Shown: piece by piece, positions 49,404 to 60,647 of the stretch | How the letters are laid out: every line of letters starts with the position of its first letter | Numbering within the stretch: the stretch's first letter is position 1 | DNA from: Malacoraja senta | Taxonomy: Eukaryota | Assembly: GCA_038087875.1 (NCBI GenBank) | Contig: CM075989.1 | Coordinates: forward strand, 21,516,001-21,580,000 | Length of the DNA stretch: 64,000 bases | Direction of reading: 5' to 3' | The notes under the pieces: generated by a model | What the model saw: only the letters and a program-made list of their open reading frames with translations | Database searches by the model: none | What the model was told of the DNA's origin: nothing | Position numbers and translations under genes: made by a program

Positions 49404-49769
49404 TTACTCCAGCGTCTTCAGCTGAGTTACTCCAGCAGATTCCACAGGCAGCTCGGTCAGTAACCAAAGGCTATTTAAAGTAATTGGCAACTATTATCCG
49501 GAGAGGAGATGGGAAATTATGTTTAATGCATTGAGTTGTTAGGATTGAAGAATGTAACTCTAAAAGGATGGTAGAAGTGGCAGAAGAATGGAAAAGGGAA
49601 TTGGAGATATAATTGAAAAGGAAATATTTGAAATGCTGCAGGGATTGTGCATGAGAGTGGAACAGATTGGATATCTCTGTCATAGAGTAGCCTTTTATAT
49701 TATTCTATGATAATTGCAGGATTTAAAAAATATATATAATGCTTCAGTCATTTCTGCTCAACAAACTAT

Positions 49770-50060
49770 AGTTTAGTTTAGTTTAGAGATACAGCGCGGA
49801 AACAGGCCCTTCGGCCCACCGCGTCCACGCCGACCAGCGATCCCCGCACGTTAACGCTATCCTAAACACACCAGGGACAATCTTTACATTTAGACCAAGC
49901 CAATTGACCTACAAACCTGTAAGTCTTTGGAGTGTGGGAGATCTCGGAGTACACGGGAGAGAACGGGGAGAACGAACAAACTCCGTACAGACAGCACCCA
50001 TAGTCAGGATCGAACCCGGGTCTCTGGCGCTGTGAGGCAGCAACTCTACCGCTGCGCCGA
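49770..50060 (-). mobile_element. V-SINE
   Basis: reverse SINE. Confidence 0.88.
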
Positions 50061-51049
50061 CGTGATGATACACTTCCTGAGTGCATCTGCACAGACTGAA
50101 GACTGTTGTTAGTATTTGTTTGGGGGAAAGAAAATACTTGTAAATTGGCCAGATAACAGGGGCATGCTGAGAAAGAATGCATTTGTTTCAATGTGGTGTT
50201 GTTTATATATAGTTCTTAAATCCATGTGAAAATAACCATACATCCAATAGTGTCAAAAATAAATGAACATCTATTGCGCAAGGCAATGTTAGATGTTGAA
50301 GTTAATCTGACATCCGTCTAGTACTTGGTTGATGTCTGCATTTGATGTTTTGCAGTTTTAGTGATTTATACGTCTTCTCAGTGCCCGAGATATGTTTAGG
50401 CTTCAAATTGCGCTGACATTTGGTTTTGCTAATTTGAACGTAATGGTGACAAAGACACAAAACTGTGGGAAGAGGGTGTAGAAAGCACAATTGGGCAAAC
50501 ACTCAGATGTGTCACACATTCCAAGTGCGGGGTTTGTTTTGACAAATCCTGCACTTCCCGGAAAGAAAAACACTAATCTGCCTGTTAACTGAATGTGCAA
50601 TTTGTGCATATCAAGTTTATGAGAACCACCATCTTCAGTGGTCATTAAGTCAAACAAAGTAAAGATTTTTGGTGGGTCTAGTGAAGAAAACAAATCAATG
50701 CACTTTGTTAGTTCAAGAATTAAGTGAATTAAAACATATAAGATATCTTATTTAACATTTTATCTAAAAGTTGCATTTATATGGCTATTTTAACATGGAA
50801 TATACCCAAGTTACCACCAAGGCTGTTACAAAGTAAATTTGACATTGTGACAAATGATCAGATAAATGCAATAGCTAAGTTTTTCTTATAGAATGAGAGA
50901 GGAGGGAAGGTTTAAGGGGAGAATTAAGTTTAAGGATTAGGTGGCTTCAAGTTTAAGAGCACCAAAGTCTTCAATTAAGCAACAGTGGTTGTTAGTGTCA
51001 AACTAAGTAAGGAATTTTGGTGGAGTGTTTTCGGGTGGAGAGTGTGTTT

Positions 51050-51337
51050 GGCATGGTGGCGCAGTGGTAGACTTGCTGCCTTACAGCGCCAGAGACCCGG
51101 GTTCGATCCTGACCACTGGTGCTGCCTGTACGGAGTTTGTACGTTCTCCCCGTGGATTTCCTCCGGGTGCTCCGGTTTCCTCCAAAGACCTGCAGGTTTG
51201 TATGTTGATTGGCTTGGTGTAATTGTAAAATTGTCCTTGATGTGTGTAGGGTAGAGTTAGTGTGTGGGCGGCGCGGACTCAGTGGGCCAAAGAGTCTGTT
51301 TCCACGCTGTATCTCTAAACTAAACTAAACTAAAACT
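51050..51337 (+). mobile_element. V-SINE
   Basis: A/B boxes, (ctaaa)n tail. Confidence 0.9.
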
Positions 51338-51467
51338 AATCAATCCACTTTGTTAGTACAAGAATTAAGTGAATAAAAACACAAATAAGATTATCTATAA
51401 GTTGCATTAATATATCAGTTTTAACATTGAAAACACCCTTGTTGCAATCAGGGTAATTATAAACTAA

Positions 51468-51565
51468 GGTACACAGAAATGCTGGAGAAACTCAGCAGGT
51501 GCAGCAGCATCTATGGAGCGAAGGAAATAGGCAACGTTTCGGGCCGAAACCCTTCTTCAGACTAT
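51468..51565 (-). mobile_element. Penelope-derived end, GUU subfamily, 12-bp TSD; hammerhead motif at 51533-51560
   Basis: TSD attataaactaa at 51456-51467 and 51566-51577. Confidence 0.8.
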
Positions 51566-51944
51566 ATTATAAACTAAATTTATAATTAAATTATAAATAT
51601 AAATGATAAATTGTAAATTATAAACTAAACTTGACATTGTGCCAAATGATGAGATGAATGCAATAGCTAACTTTGTCTTATAGAAGGAGAGAGGAGGGAA
51701 GATTTAAGGGAAAATTTGTATTCAAGAGAGAGTTGGATTTAGCTCATAGATCTAAAGGACTCAAGGGATATGAGGAGAAAGCAGGAATGGGGTACTGATT
51801 TTGGATGATCAGCCGTGATCATATTGAATGGCGGTGCTGGCTCGAAGGGCCAAATGGCCCACTCCTGCACCTATTTTCAATGTTTTTATGTTTCTAATTT
51901 AGAGTTTAAGGATTAGGTGGCTTCAATATGAGTGTTGATGTTAC

Positions 51945-53385
51945 ATAGATACATATATAGACAATAGCAGGAGTAGGCCATTCAGCCCTTCGATGTGATC
52001 ATGGCTGATCATCCCCAATCAGTACCCCGTTCCTGCCTTCTCCCCATATCCCTTGATTCCGCTACCCCTAAGAGCCCTATCTAACTCTCTTTTAAATGCA
52101 TCCAGTGAATCGGCCTCTACTGCCTTTTGTCGCAGAGAATTCCACAAATTCACAACTCTCTGTGTGAAAACATTTTTCCTCATCTCAGTTCTAAATGGCC
52201 CACCCCCTATTCTTAAACTGTGGCCCCTGGTTCTGGACTCCCCCAACATCGGGAACATGTTTCCTACATCAATCGTGTCCAATCCCTTAATAATTTTATA
52301 TGTTTCTATTTATTCCCTCTCATCCTTCTAAATTCCAGTGAATACAAGCCAAGTCGCTCCCATCTTTCATCATATGACAGTCCCGTCATCCCAGGAATTA
52401 ACCTTGTGAACCTACGCTGCACTCCCTCAATAGCAAGAATGTCCTTCCTCAAATTAGGAGACCAAAGCTGCACACAATACTCCAGGTGTGGTCTCACCAG
52501 GGCCCTGTACAAATGCAGAATTACCTCTTTGCTCCTATACTCTACTCCTCTCATTATGAAGACCAACATGCCACTGCCACCCAGCTTTGTGTCATCTGCA
52601 AATTTGCTAATGTTACTTTTAATTCCTTCATCTGTCTGTAAATCATTAATGTATATTGTCAATAACTGCGGTCCCAGCACCGAGCCTTGCGGCACCCCAC
52701 TAGTCAGCTGCCATTCTGAAAGGGACCCGTTAATCCCTACTCTTTGTTTCCTGACTGCCAACCAGTTTTCTATCCATGTCAATACCCTACTCCCAATACC
52801 ATGTGCTCTAATTTTGCCCACTAATCTCCTGTGTGGAACCTTATCAAAGGCTTTCTGAAAGTCCAGGTACACCACATCCACTGCTCTCCCTTGTCCATTT
52901 TACTTGTTACATCCTCAAAAAATTCCAGAAGATCAGTCAAGCATGATTTCCTCTTCGTAAATCCATGCCGACTCAGACCGATCCTGTTACTGCTATCCAA
53001 ATGTGCTGCTATTACATCTTTAATAATGGACTCCAGCATCTTCCCCACCACCGATGTCAGGCTAACTGGTCTATAATTCCATGCTTTATCTCTCCCTCCT
53101 TTCTTGAAAAGTGGAAAAGTGAACTATAACAGCCTATTGCACTTTATCTGTGTATTTATGTGTGTATATATATATATATATTCTATGGTATATGGTCACA
53201 TTGATCTGATCTGATCTGTATTCATGCCTAAAATATTCTGTTGTGCTGCAGCAAGCAAGAATTTTATTGTCCTATCTGGGACACATGACAATAAATCTCT
53301 TGACTTGACTTGACTTGGATAACATTAGCTACCCTCCAATCCACGGGAACTGATCCAGAATCTATAGAACATTGGGAAATGATGT
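51945..53385 (-). pseudogene. CR1-like LINE ORF2 (reverse transcriptase) remnant, frameshifted and internally deleted, interrupted at ~53120-53317
   Basis: VPVDWRVANV..HGFTKRKSCLTDLLEFFE..DVVYLDFQKAFDKVPH..GVPQGSVLGP..FADDTKL..RPHLEYCVQLWSP. Confidence 0.92.
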
Positions 53386-53931
53386 TGGTGGCTCTGTGCC
53401 TCTCCTTGGGAACTGTACGCCAGGAGATTCCAGAGTCCTGGCTCATAAATTTCTGTCGATTAGGTCCAAAGGATGGGAACCAAAAAGTTGGGGTGCTATG
53501 TTCAAATTAACGCGCATTCCTGGCACGGTCCAAGAGAGGGCGTAGTGGGACCTCTGCTCTCCAATGACCCGGGTCATCTTCCCTCTTGTAAATAAATGTC
53601 CAGATCAGTTTATAACGTGGGATTTTGAAGCAGTGTTTTAGCCATTCCATTTACTTTTACAATGTAAACTGCAAATCAAAGCAGCACTCCTCACTGAAGA
53701 GTTAAAGCTGTTCAGAAATTGGCAACATCAGTGAATCCTTCCCAGCTGCCCAAGATATCCGGACAGCATGCCAGCGTAGCCTGTTTTTTTTTAATTGTCC
53801 TTGGATGCTTGTGTTCACTGCCTTGCTTAAACTGCGGAGTGGATTCCACAGTTAAAAGCATTCGGTTGTTTTGACGTCTCACCAAATGAGATTGAACTCA
53901 CCTGCTGGTCAGCCCTCCGTGTTGCGTGTAC

Positions 53932-54370
53932 GTTTAGATTTTAGTTTCGTTTAGTTTGGAGATACAGCACGGAAGCAGGCCCATCGGCCCACCGAGTCCG
54001 ATAAGACATTAGCACTATCCTACACACACTAGGGACAATCCACAGTCTTTTTTTTACCAAAGCCAATTAACCTACAAACCTGCACGTCTTTGGAGAGTGG
54101 GAGGAAACCGGAGCACCCGGAGAAAACCCACGCAGGTCATGGGGAGAACGTACAAACTCCGTACAGACAGTACTCATGGTCAGGATCGAACCCGGGTCTC
54201 TGGCACTGTAGGGCAACTCTACCACTGCGCCACCACTAGTTTAGTTTAGTTTAGTTTAGTTGTGTTGAATTAGTTAATTGTAGGCTAATTGTCTTCTGTA
54301 AATTGTCCCTAGTGTGTAGGATAGAACAAGTGTACGGGTGACCTTTGGTCAGTGTGGACTCGGTGTGCCG
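53932..54370. mobile_element. V-SINE (-, 53932-54235) and SINE fragment (+, 54275-54370)
   Basis: SINE motifs. Confidence 0.82.
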
Positions 54371-54627
54371 AAGTGTCACACCGAGTCCATATATATATAT
54401 TATTTATATATAAATGTATATACACTGGCACACATACGTGCACACAAAAAACAAACAATATTAACAATAATAACAATGATAGTCGATGTAGTTCAGGAAG
54501 TCTGGGCTTCCATGTTCATGTTATGAATCCTCACCAACAATGCACTCTCAAGCAATTACCTCCCAGAATATTGTCTTTGCAGATATAGATTATTCATGCA
54601 AATCATTTTCGTCACTTAACGCTCCTT

Positions 54628-54941
54628 TTAGTTTAGTTTAGTTTAGAGATACAGCATTGAAACAGGCCCTTCGGCCCACGGAGTCCGGGCCGACCAGCGA
54701 TCCCCGCGCATTAACACTCTGCTACACACACTGGGGACAGTTTACATTTATACCAAGGCAATTAACCCACAAACCTGTACGTCTTTGGAGTGTGGGAGGA
54801 AACCGGAGCACCCGGAGAAAACCCACGCAGGTCACGGGGACAACGTACAAACTCCGTACAGACAGCACCCGGAGTCGGGATCGAACCCGGGTCTCTGGAG
54901 CTGTGAGGCAGCAACTCTACCGCCGCGTCACCGTGCCGCCC
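54628..54941 (-). mobile_element. V-SINE
   Basis: full reverse SINE. Confidence 0.9.
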
Positions 54942-55337
54942 ATCATGATACTTTCGAAGCAGGATTAGATTGAAACATGCGTTCATTTTAAGAGAGGTAT
55001 TTTGGGTCATTTCAAGGTCAAATGATTTTAATAATCATTACGCAGTTGGCCTCTTGCACTGCTAGACTATTGAAGGGATAGGATTCCAGTCATAATGACA
55101 CGGACAGAAGTCACTGATAGTTTGACACAATACAAAGAGACTTTATGGACCTTTTTAGTTTAGTTGAGAGATACAGCGTTGAAACATTAATAACATAAAG
55201 CCAGTGTGAATCGGTGATCGACAGTCGGTGGGCCGAAAGGCGTGTTTCCACGCTGTGTCTCTGCACTACAACTTCTCTCCCTTCCTGCTAGCCCATCCAG
55301 CAAGCACTATTCATCTTTCAGGCACTTGAACCTTCTC

Positions 55338-56200
55338 ATTTGATTTGATTTGATTTGATTTAAATTGTTGTCATCGTCTTCAATTAAGAGACAACGAAAT
55401 TCTCTTTCCCTTACAGTCAAACAAAAAAATAAAATTAAAAAACCACAAAAACACAGAACACAGTATTCCCCAACGCAACCAAAGTTCCCCACTGTGAGGG
55501 AAGGAACCAAAGTCCAGTCAACCTCCTCGCTTATGTTCCCCAATGTTCACCCGTGGTCGGGGCCTCCGGAGCACCCCGTAGTCGCTGCCACGGGCGGCCC
55601 GATGTTCAGGACCTCTCGCCGGGAACGATGGAACCCCCGACGTCGAACGGGAGAACATCCCCAGCGGCCTGGACCTCTGAATCGGCCACCTTCCACCTTT
55701 CACCAGAGTCCGCGGCTCCCGATGTCCACAGGCTGCGCTGGGCGGAGATTCTCACTGGCGACCCCTGGCAAAGGGTCCCAGGACTCCGCGATGTTAAAGT
55801 CAGTTGGGAGCTCCGCACCCACAGCTCCGCGATGTTGGAGCAGCGGCCCGACACTCCGGAGCTCCAAGCGGCGATCCCAGGTAAGGCCTCGCCCGCTCCG
55901 CGATGTATCGAGCGCTGCACCACAGCTGCTGAAGCTCTGGTCCGGTCCCGGCAGGAAAGGCCGCGGCAATCCAGTTGGCAGGTCGCGAGGGGGTGGGGGG
56001 GGGGGGCGAGGACGCGACTCGGATAAGAGCCGGATCCTCGCCAGGAAGCGACTGAAAGACGGTTCCCCCCTTACCCTGCCCGCTCCCCCCCACATTAAAT
56101 ACTGAAAAAAAACTAAAAAAACACACTCTAAACATAACAAAATAAAAAAAGACAACCAGACCGTGTGCGGAGGCAGCTAGCAACAGCGCCACCGGATGTC
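55338..56200 (-). mobile_element. GC/CpG-rich unclassified element with (tcaaa)n tail, probable non-autonomous retroposon
   Basis: sharp GC-rich block; (atttg)n at 55338-55360; no recognisable protein. Confidence 0.45.
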
Positions 56201-57035
56201 CATTCTTCCAAATAAGCATCATTCCATAACTAAATAGTATCGTGCCTTATAAAGCTATTCTACGTTAAAGGGTCTACTTAATATGGTGCGGTTATATTGA
56301 TGGATCCGAATGTAAGGAGTGCTTCAAGATTCAATTAGAATGTTATTGTTACTTTAAAATGACTCCTTTGTATTACTGAACAGCTGCAGAATAGAATTGG
56401 GAAAGGTTTCATAGTATAACGATTAGAGTCATCGCAACCAGGAATTGACGATTTTGTCTCTTAATAAATGACTTCCTGCTTTTCGTTTTCTTCTTGTGAT
56501 TCCATTTGCGAGTGTCTGATATTTTTACATTTTCCCGTTTTTTATCGACAGGCTGGTTTAATTAGGTTATTGTACAGAGCTGAAAAACATAGGTTAGTAC
56601 AAGCTAGGGATATAATAACGAAGATTTTAAAAATAGCACCCACGAGTTAATCAGCTACTAATTGATACATGTTGTAATGCTACCAGTTTTTAATTAAGAG
56701 GGATTGGGAGAATTTAGTTAGTTAAATTGGTATAAATAAGGCTGGAAGCTGGGATGCAAGCAGAAGCCTCCACGTGGCGCATCCTGGGCAATGCTGAGGA
56801 CGGAAACTGTACCACAGTGACTGACTGAAGTAGCCAATTCTGCAACCACCGACCGCCAACCGTCACTGACCGACCGGAAAGACGTGATATGGAAGATGGC
56901 CGGACACGAGGAAGAGGCTGGAAGCTGAACGGTGACTTGGCATATTGTTAATTCCCACAATCTGTGCTCTCGAATGCTAAACCATGGGTTAAAAATACAA
57001 GCAACGTGGGCAATAGTGATTAAAAACCTCAAAGG

Positions 57036-57196
57036 GTGAGGCAGCATCTATGGAGCGAAGGAATAGGTGACGTTTCGGGTCTTGACCCGAAACGTCACCT
57101 ATTCCTTCGCTCCATAGATGCTGCCTCACCCGCTGAGTTTCTTCAGCATTTTTGTCTACCTTCGATTTCTCCAGCATCTGCAGTTCCTTCTTAAAC
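57036..57196. mobile_element. Penelope-derived fold-back element with 14-bp TSD
   Basis: TSD aaaaacctcaaagg at 57022-57035 and 57197-57210; ~48-nt perfect arms around tt. Confidence 0.85.
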
Positions 57197-57734
57197 AAAA
57201 ACCTCAAAGGATTTGTTTACCCCCATTAACTTCCCTGTATACTTTGCCGTTTTAAGAGGAAATCGCAAACTTACGAGGTAAGTCACTGAGTAAGCAGCCT
57301 TCATTATTCCGAGCCAAATGACTTGCGAGAGAACCTTTAAACGTGTGAGGGGGGGGGGAAATAAATCCAGGAATATCGGGTTACAGGAAACGGCCGCCTG
57401 CGTTTGCACCACCGAGCTCTTAAAAGCAACCGTGACAGGGAGTTTAGACTTGGTACAAGATGAATTCCTCTTGTTTCTATTAGGACTCTTGAGTTGATTG
57501 GTACCTGGTCGACCCACAAAGACAGGCCAAGCAGTGGTCAGCGATGATGGGTCCCAAGAGGGGTATAACCTTACAGCAGTCTGGGCTCCTGGTGCTGGGT
57601 CTTTCACAAGAGGAATCTGGGGACAAATGGAGAGGAATGGCTTTCACACTTGTCGCAGCTGCGAGCAGCCATACCAACCACCAGTACAGGGGGCTGGGTA
57701 GGCCACGTTCTCCCCCTTGAGTTACAATACCTCG

Positions 57735-58275
57735 TAAGTTCATGCCATAGGAGCTGAAGTAGGCCATTCGGCCCATCAAGTCTACTCCGCCATTCAATCA
57801 TGGCTGATCTATCTCGCCCTCCTCACCCTATGCTCCTGCCTTCTTCCCATGACCCCTGACACCCGTACTAATCAACAATCTATCTACTTCTGCCTTAGAA
57901 ATATCCATTAAAGGCCTCCACAGCCTTCTGTGGCAAAGAATTCCACAGATTGACCATCCTCTGACCCTCTGACCCTCTGACCCTCTGACCTTACCTGCCA
58001 TGACTCCACTATCGCACCTGACAGTTGTTTATTCTTATTGGTAGTGATGATGATGATGATGATGATACTTTATTGTCACTTGTAGAGTCATAGAGTCTCT
58101 CAGTTTAGAAACAGGCCCGTCAGCCCAATGTGCCCACACCGGTCAACATGTCCCATCTATACCAGTCCCACCTGCCTGAATTTGGCCCATATCCCTCCAA
58201 ACCTGTCCGCTCCATGTACCTGTCTAAATGTTTCTTAAACGTTGCAATAGTCCCGGCCTCAACTGCCTCTTCTGG
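57735..58275 (-). mobile_element. Two CR1 3' ends (57735-57965; 58083-58275) with (ctctgac)n and (gat)n repeats between them
   Basis: CR1 tail motifs. Confidence 0.78.
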
Positions 58276-58315
58276 ACTAAACACTGCCTTATGGATATCG
58301 CAGTTTACATGCAGC

Positions 58316-58620
58316 TTAGTTTAGTATAGTTTAGTTTAGTTTGGAGATACAGCGCGGAAACAGGCCCTTCGGCCCACCGAGTCCACACCAACCAGAGATC
58401 CCTGCACATTAACACTAGCCTACACACACAGGGACAATTTACAATATTACCAAGTCAATCAGCATACAAACCTGTACATCTTTGGAGTATGGGAGGAAAC
58501 CGGAGCACCTGGAGAAAACCCACACAGGTCATGGGATGAACGTACAAACTCCGTACAGACAGCACCCGGGCCTCTGGCGCTGTAAGGCAGCAACTCCACC
58601 ACTGCATCACTGTGTTGCCT
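58316..58620 (-). mobile_element. V-SINE
   Basis: reverse SINE. Confidence 0.88.
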
Positions 58621-58956
58621 AGTTCTCCTTGCCTTTTCATGGAGAGTGCTGAAAAGAAATTAGCTGTGATAATAATTTACAACCAGTTCCATCTGTTTCT
58701 ATAGGCCTACTAAAGCTTGTAGCCTGGTATCTTGTAGCAAGGCATCTGTGGAGAGTATGGAAGCACAATGTTTATGCAATTAGACTACTAATCCAGAGGT
58801 CTACACTAATGAGGCAGGGACACATTGGAATACCAACCACAGCAACTGGGGAATTTTAAGTTCCGCTAATTAAATAAATGTGGAAGAAGATACTGGTATC
58901 AAGAATGTGGCCCATGAAAACTACTGACTTTTCATAAATACTCAACTGGGTTATTA

Positions 58957-59287
58957 AAGGTGGACAAAAATGCTGGAGAAACTCAGCGGGTGAGGCAGCA
59001 TCTATGGAGCGAAGGAATGGGTGACGTTTCGGGTCGACACCCTTCTTAAGACTGATGTGGGGGTGGTGGGGTGGTGGGGTGGTGGTGGGGGGGTGGGGGG
59101 TGGGGGGTGGGGGGTGGGGGGTGGGGGGCGGGAAGAAGAAAGGAAGAGGTGGAGACATTAGGCTGTGGGACAGCTGGGAAGGGGAGGGGAAGGAGGGAGA
59201 AAGCAAGGACTACCTGAAATTAGAGAAGTCAATGTTCATACCGCTGGGGTGTAAACTACCCAAGCGAAATATGAGGTGCTGCTCCTC
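58957..59287 (-). mobile_element. Penelope-like element 3' end with GIY-YIG C-terminal coding remnant
   Basis: 59210-59287 minus reads EEQHLIFRLGSLHPSGMNIDFSNFR*, then C-rich spacer, hammerhead-like motif at 59023-59050, terminal arm. Confidence 0.82.
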
Positions 59288-59431
59288 ATGAAACCCATAG
59301 CTTTTGGTTTGGAAGCAGGACTGTTCAGACAGAGGCAGAGTTGATAACAGAAGCTTTTATAACAAGCAGGATACATGTCCCTAAGGTCATGAACTAAAAT
59401 GGCTTTTTTATTTTTTGTCATGATTCACAAG

Positions 59432-59870
59432 GCATGATTAATACGGGTCTCAGGATTTACGGGGAAAGGAAAGAGAATGAGGTTGAGTGGGAAAGATAGA
59501 TCAGCCATGATTGAATGGTGGAGTAGACTTATAGTCATAGAGTCACACAGCGTGGAAACAGGCCCTTCAGCCCCACTTGGCCACACCGACCAACATGTCC
59601 CATCTATATTAGTCCCACGTGCCTGCATTTGGCCCATATCTCTCTAAACCTGTCCTATCCATGTACCTGTCTAATTCTTTCCGAAATGTTGCAATAGTCC
59701 CTGCCTCAACTACTCCCCCGGCAGCTCGTTCCATACACCCACCACCCTTTGTATGAAATAGTTAACCCTCAGATTCCTATAAAATGTTTCCCCATTCACC
59801 TTAAACCTATGCTCATTGGTTCTCGATTCCCCGTACTTGATGGGCCGAATGGCCTAATTCTGCTCCTACT
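59432..59870. mobile_element. CR1 tail (+) interrupted by a CR1/HER1 3' end (-, 59530-59833)
   Basis: ggagtagactt [insert] acttgatgggccgaatggcc. Confidence 0.8.
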
Positions 59871-60293
59871 CTGCAGGAGCTGATGGCAGCAGAGAGATTA
59901 GGTTTGGTAAATACATGGTTAAGCAGCTTCCAATGTCAGTGATTTGCAACGAATCTCAAAGAAACAAGACCAGCCTTTTTTTTAGTTGCAGCTCACAACA
60001 TTTTACCTTTTCCATGCGAATCAGTGGAGTGACTTCGGGCTGAACGATTTACAACAGAAGCGCTGCTCCCATGCAACGGAAATTAAACTCAGACATTATT
60101 CTTAAAAGGATTTGAAGCATGGAATGGTTCTGCCCTGGAAAACAGTCCAGTGCCAGGTTACCTGCAAGTAACAATGAGTGAAGAAATAGTATTTGATTTG
60201 ATTGAGGGATATTGTCAGTGAAACATGCTGAATTCAGCTGGTAAATTACATCACATACACAAGAGTAATTTAGCAGCCTAACTTTGCTGCTGA

Positions 60294-60570
60294 GTTTAGT
60301 TTAGTTTAGAGATACAGCACGGAAACAGGCCCTTTGGCCCACCGAGTCCGCGCCGACCAGCGATCCCCGCACACATTAACTCTACCCCACACACACTAGG
60401 GACAATTTACACATGCACCAAGCAAAATAACCTACACACCCGGAGTGTGGGAGGAAACCAAAGGTACAAACTCAAGACATGCAGCACCCATGGTCGGGAT
60501 CGAACCCGGGTCTCCGGTGCTGCATGCGCTGTAAGTCAGCAACTCTACTGCTGAGCCACCATGTTGCCCC
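60294..60570 (-). mobile_element. V-SINE with deletions
   Basis: reverse SINE. Confidence 0.82.
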
Positions 60571-60647
60571 AAGGGTATTGGAGTTGTGCCGTATACCACA
60601 TGTGGTTGACTGGACTATTTGTTCAGGCTAATCCACTCGGAACACAG

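Noticed and set aside
55365..56105. 246-aa ORF
   Set aside because: GC-rich stop-poor sequence open in many frames, with no domain signature
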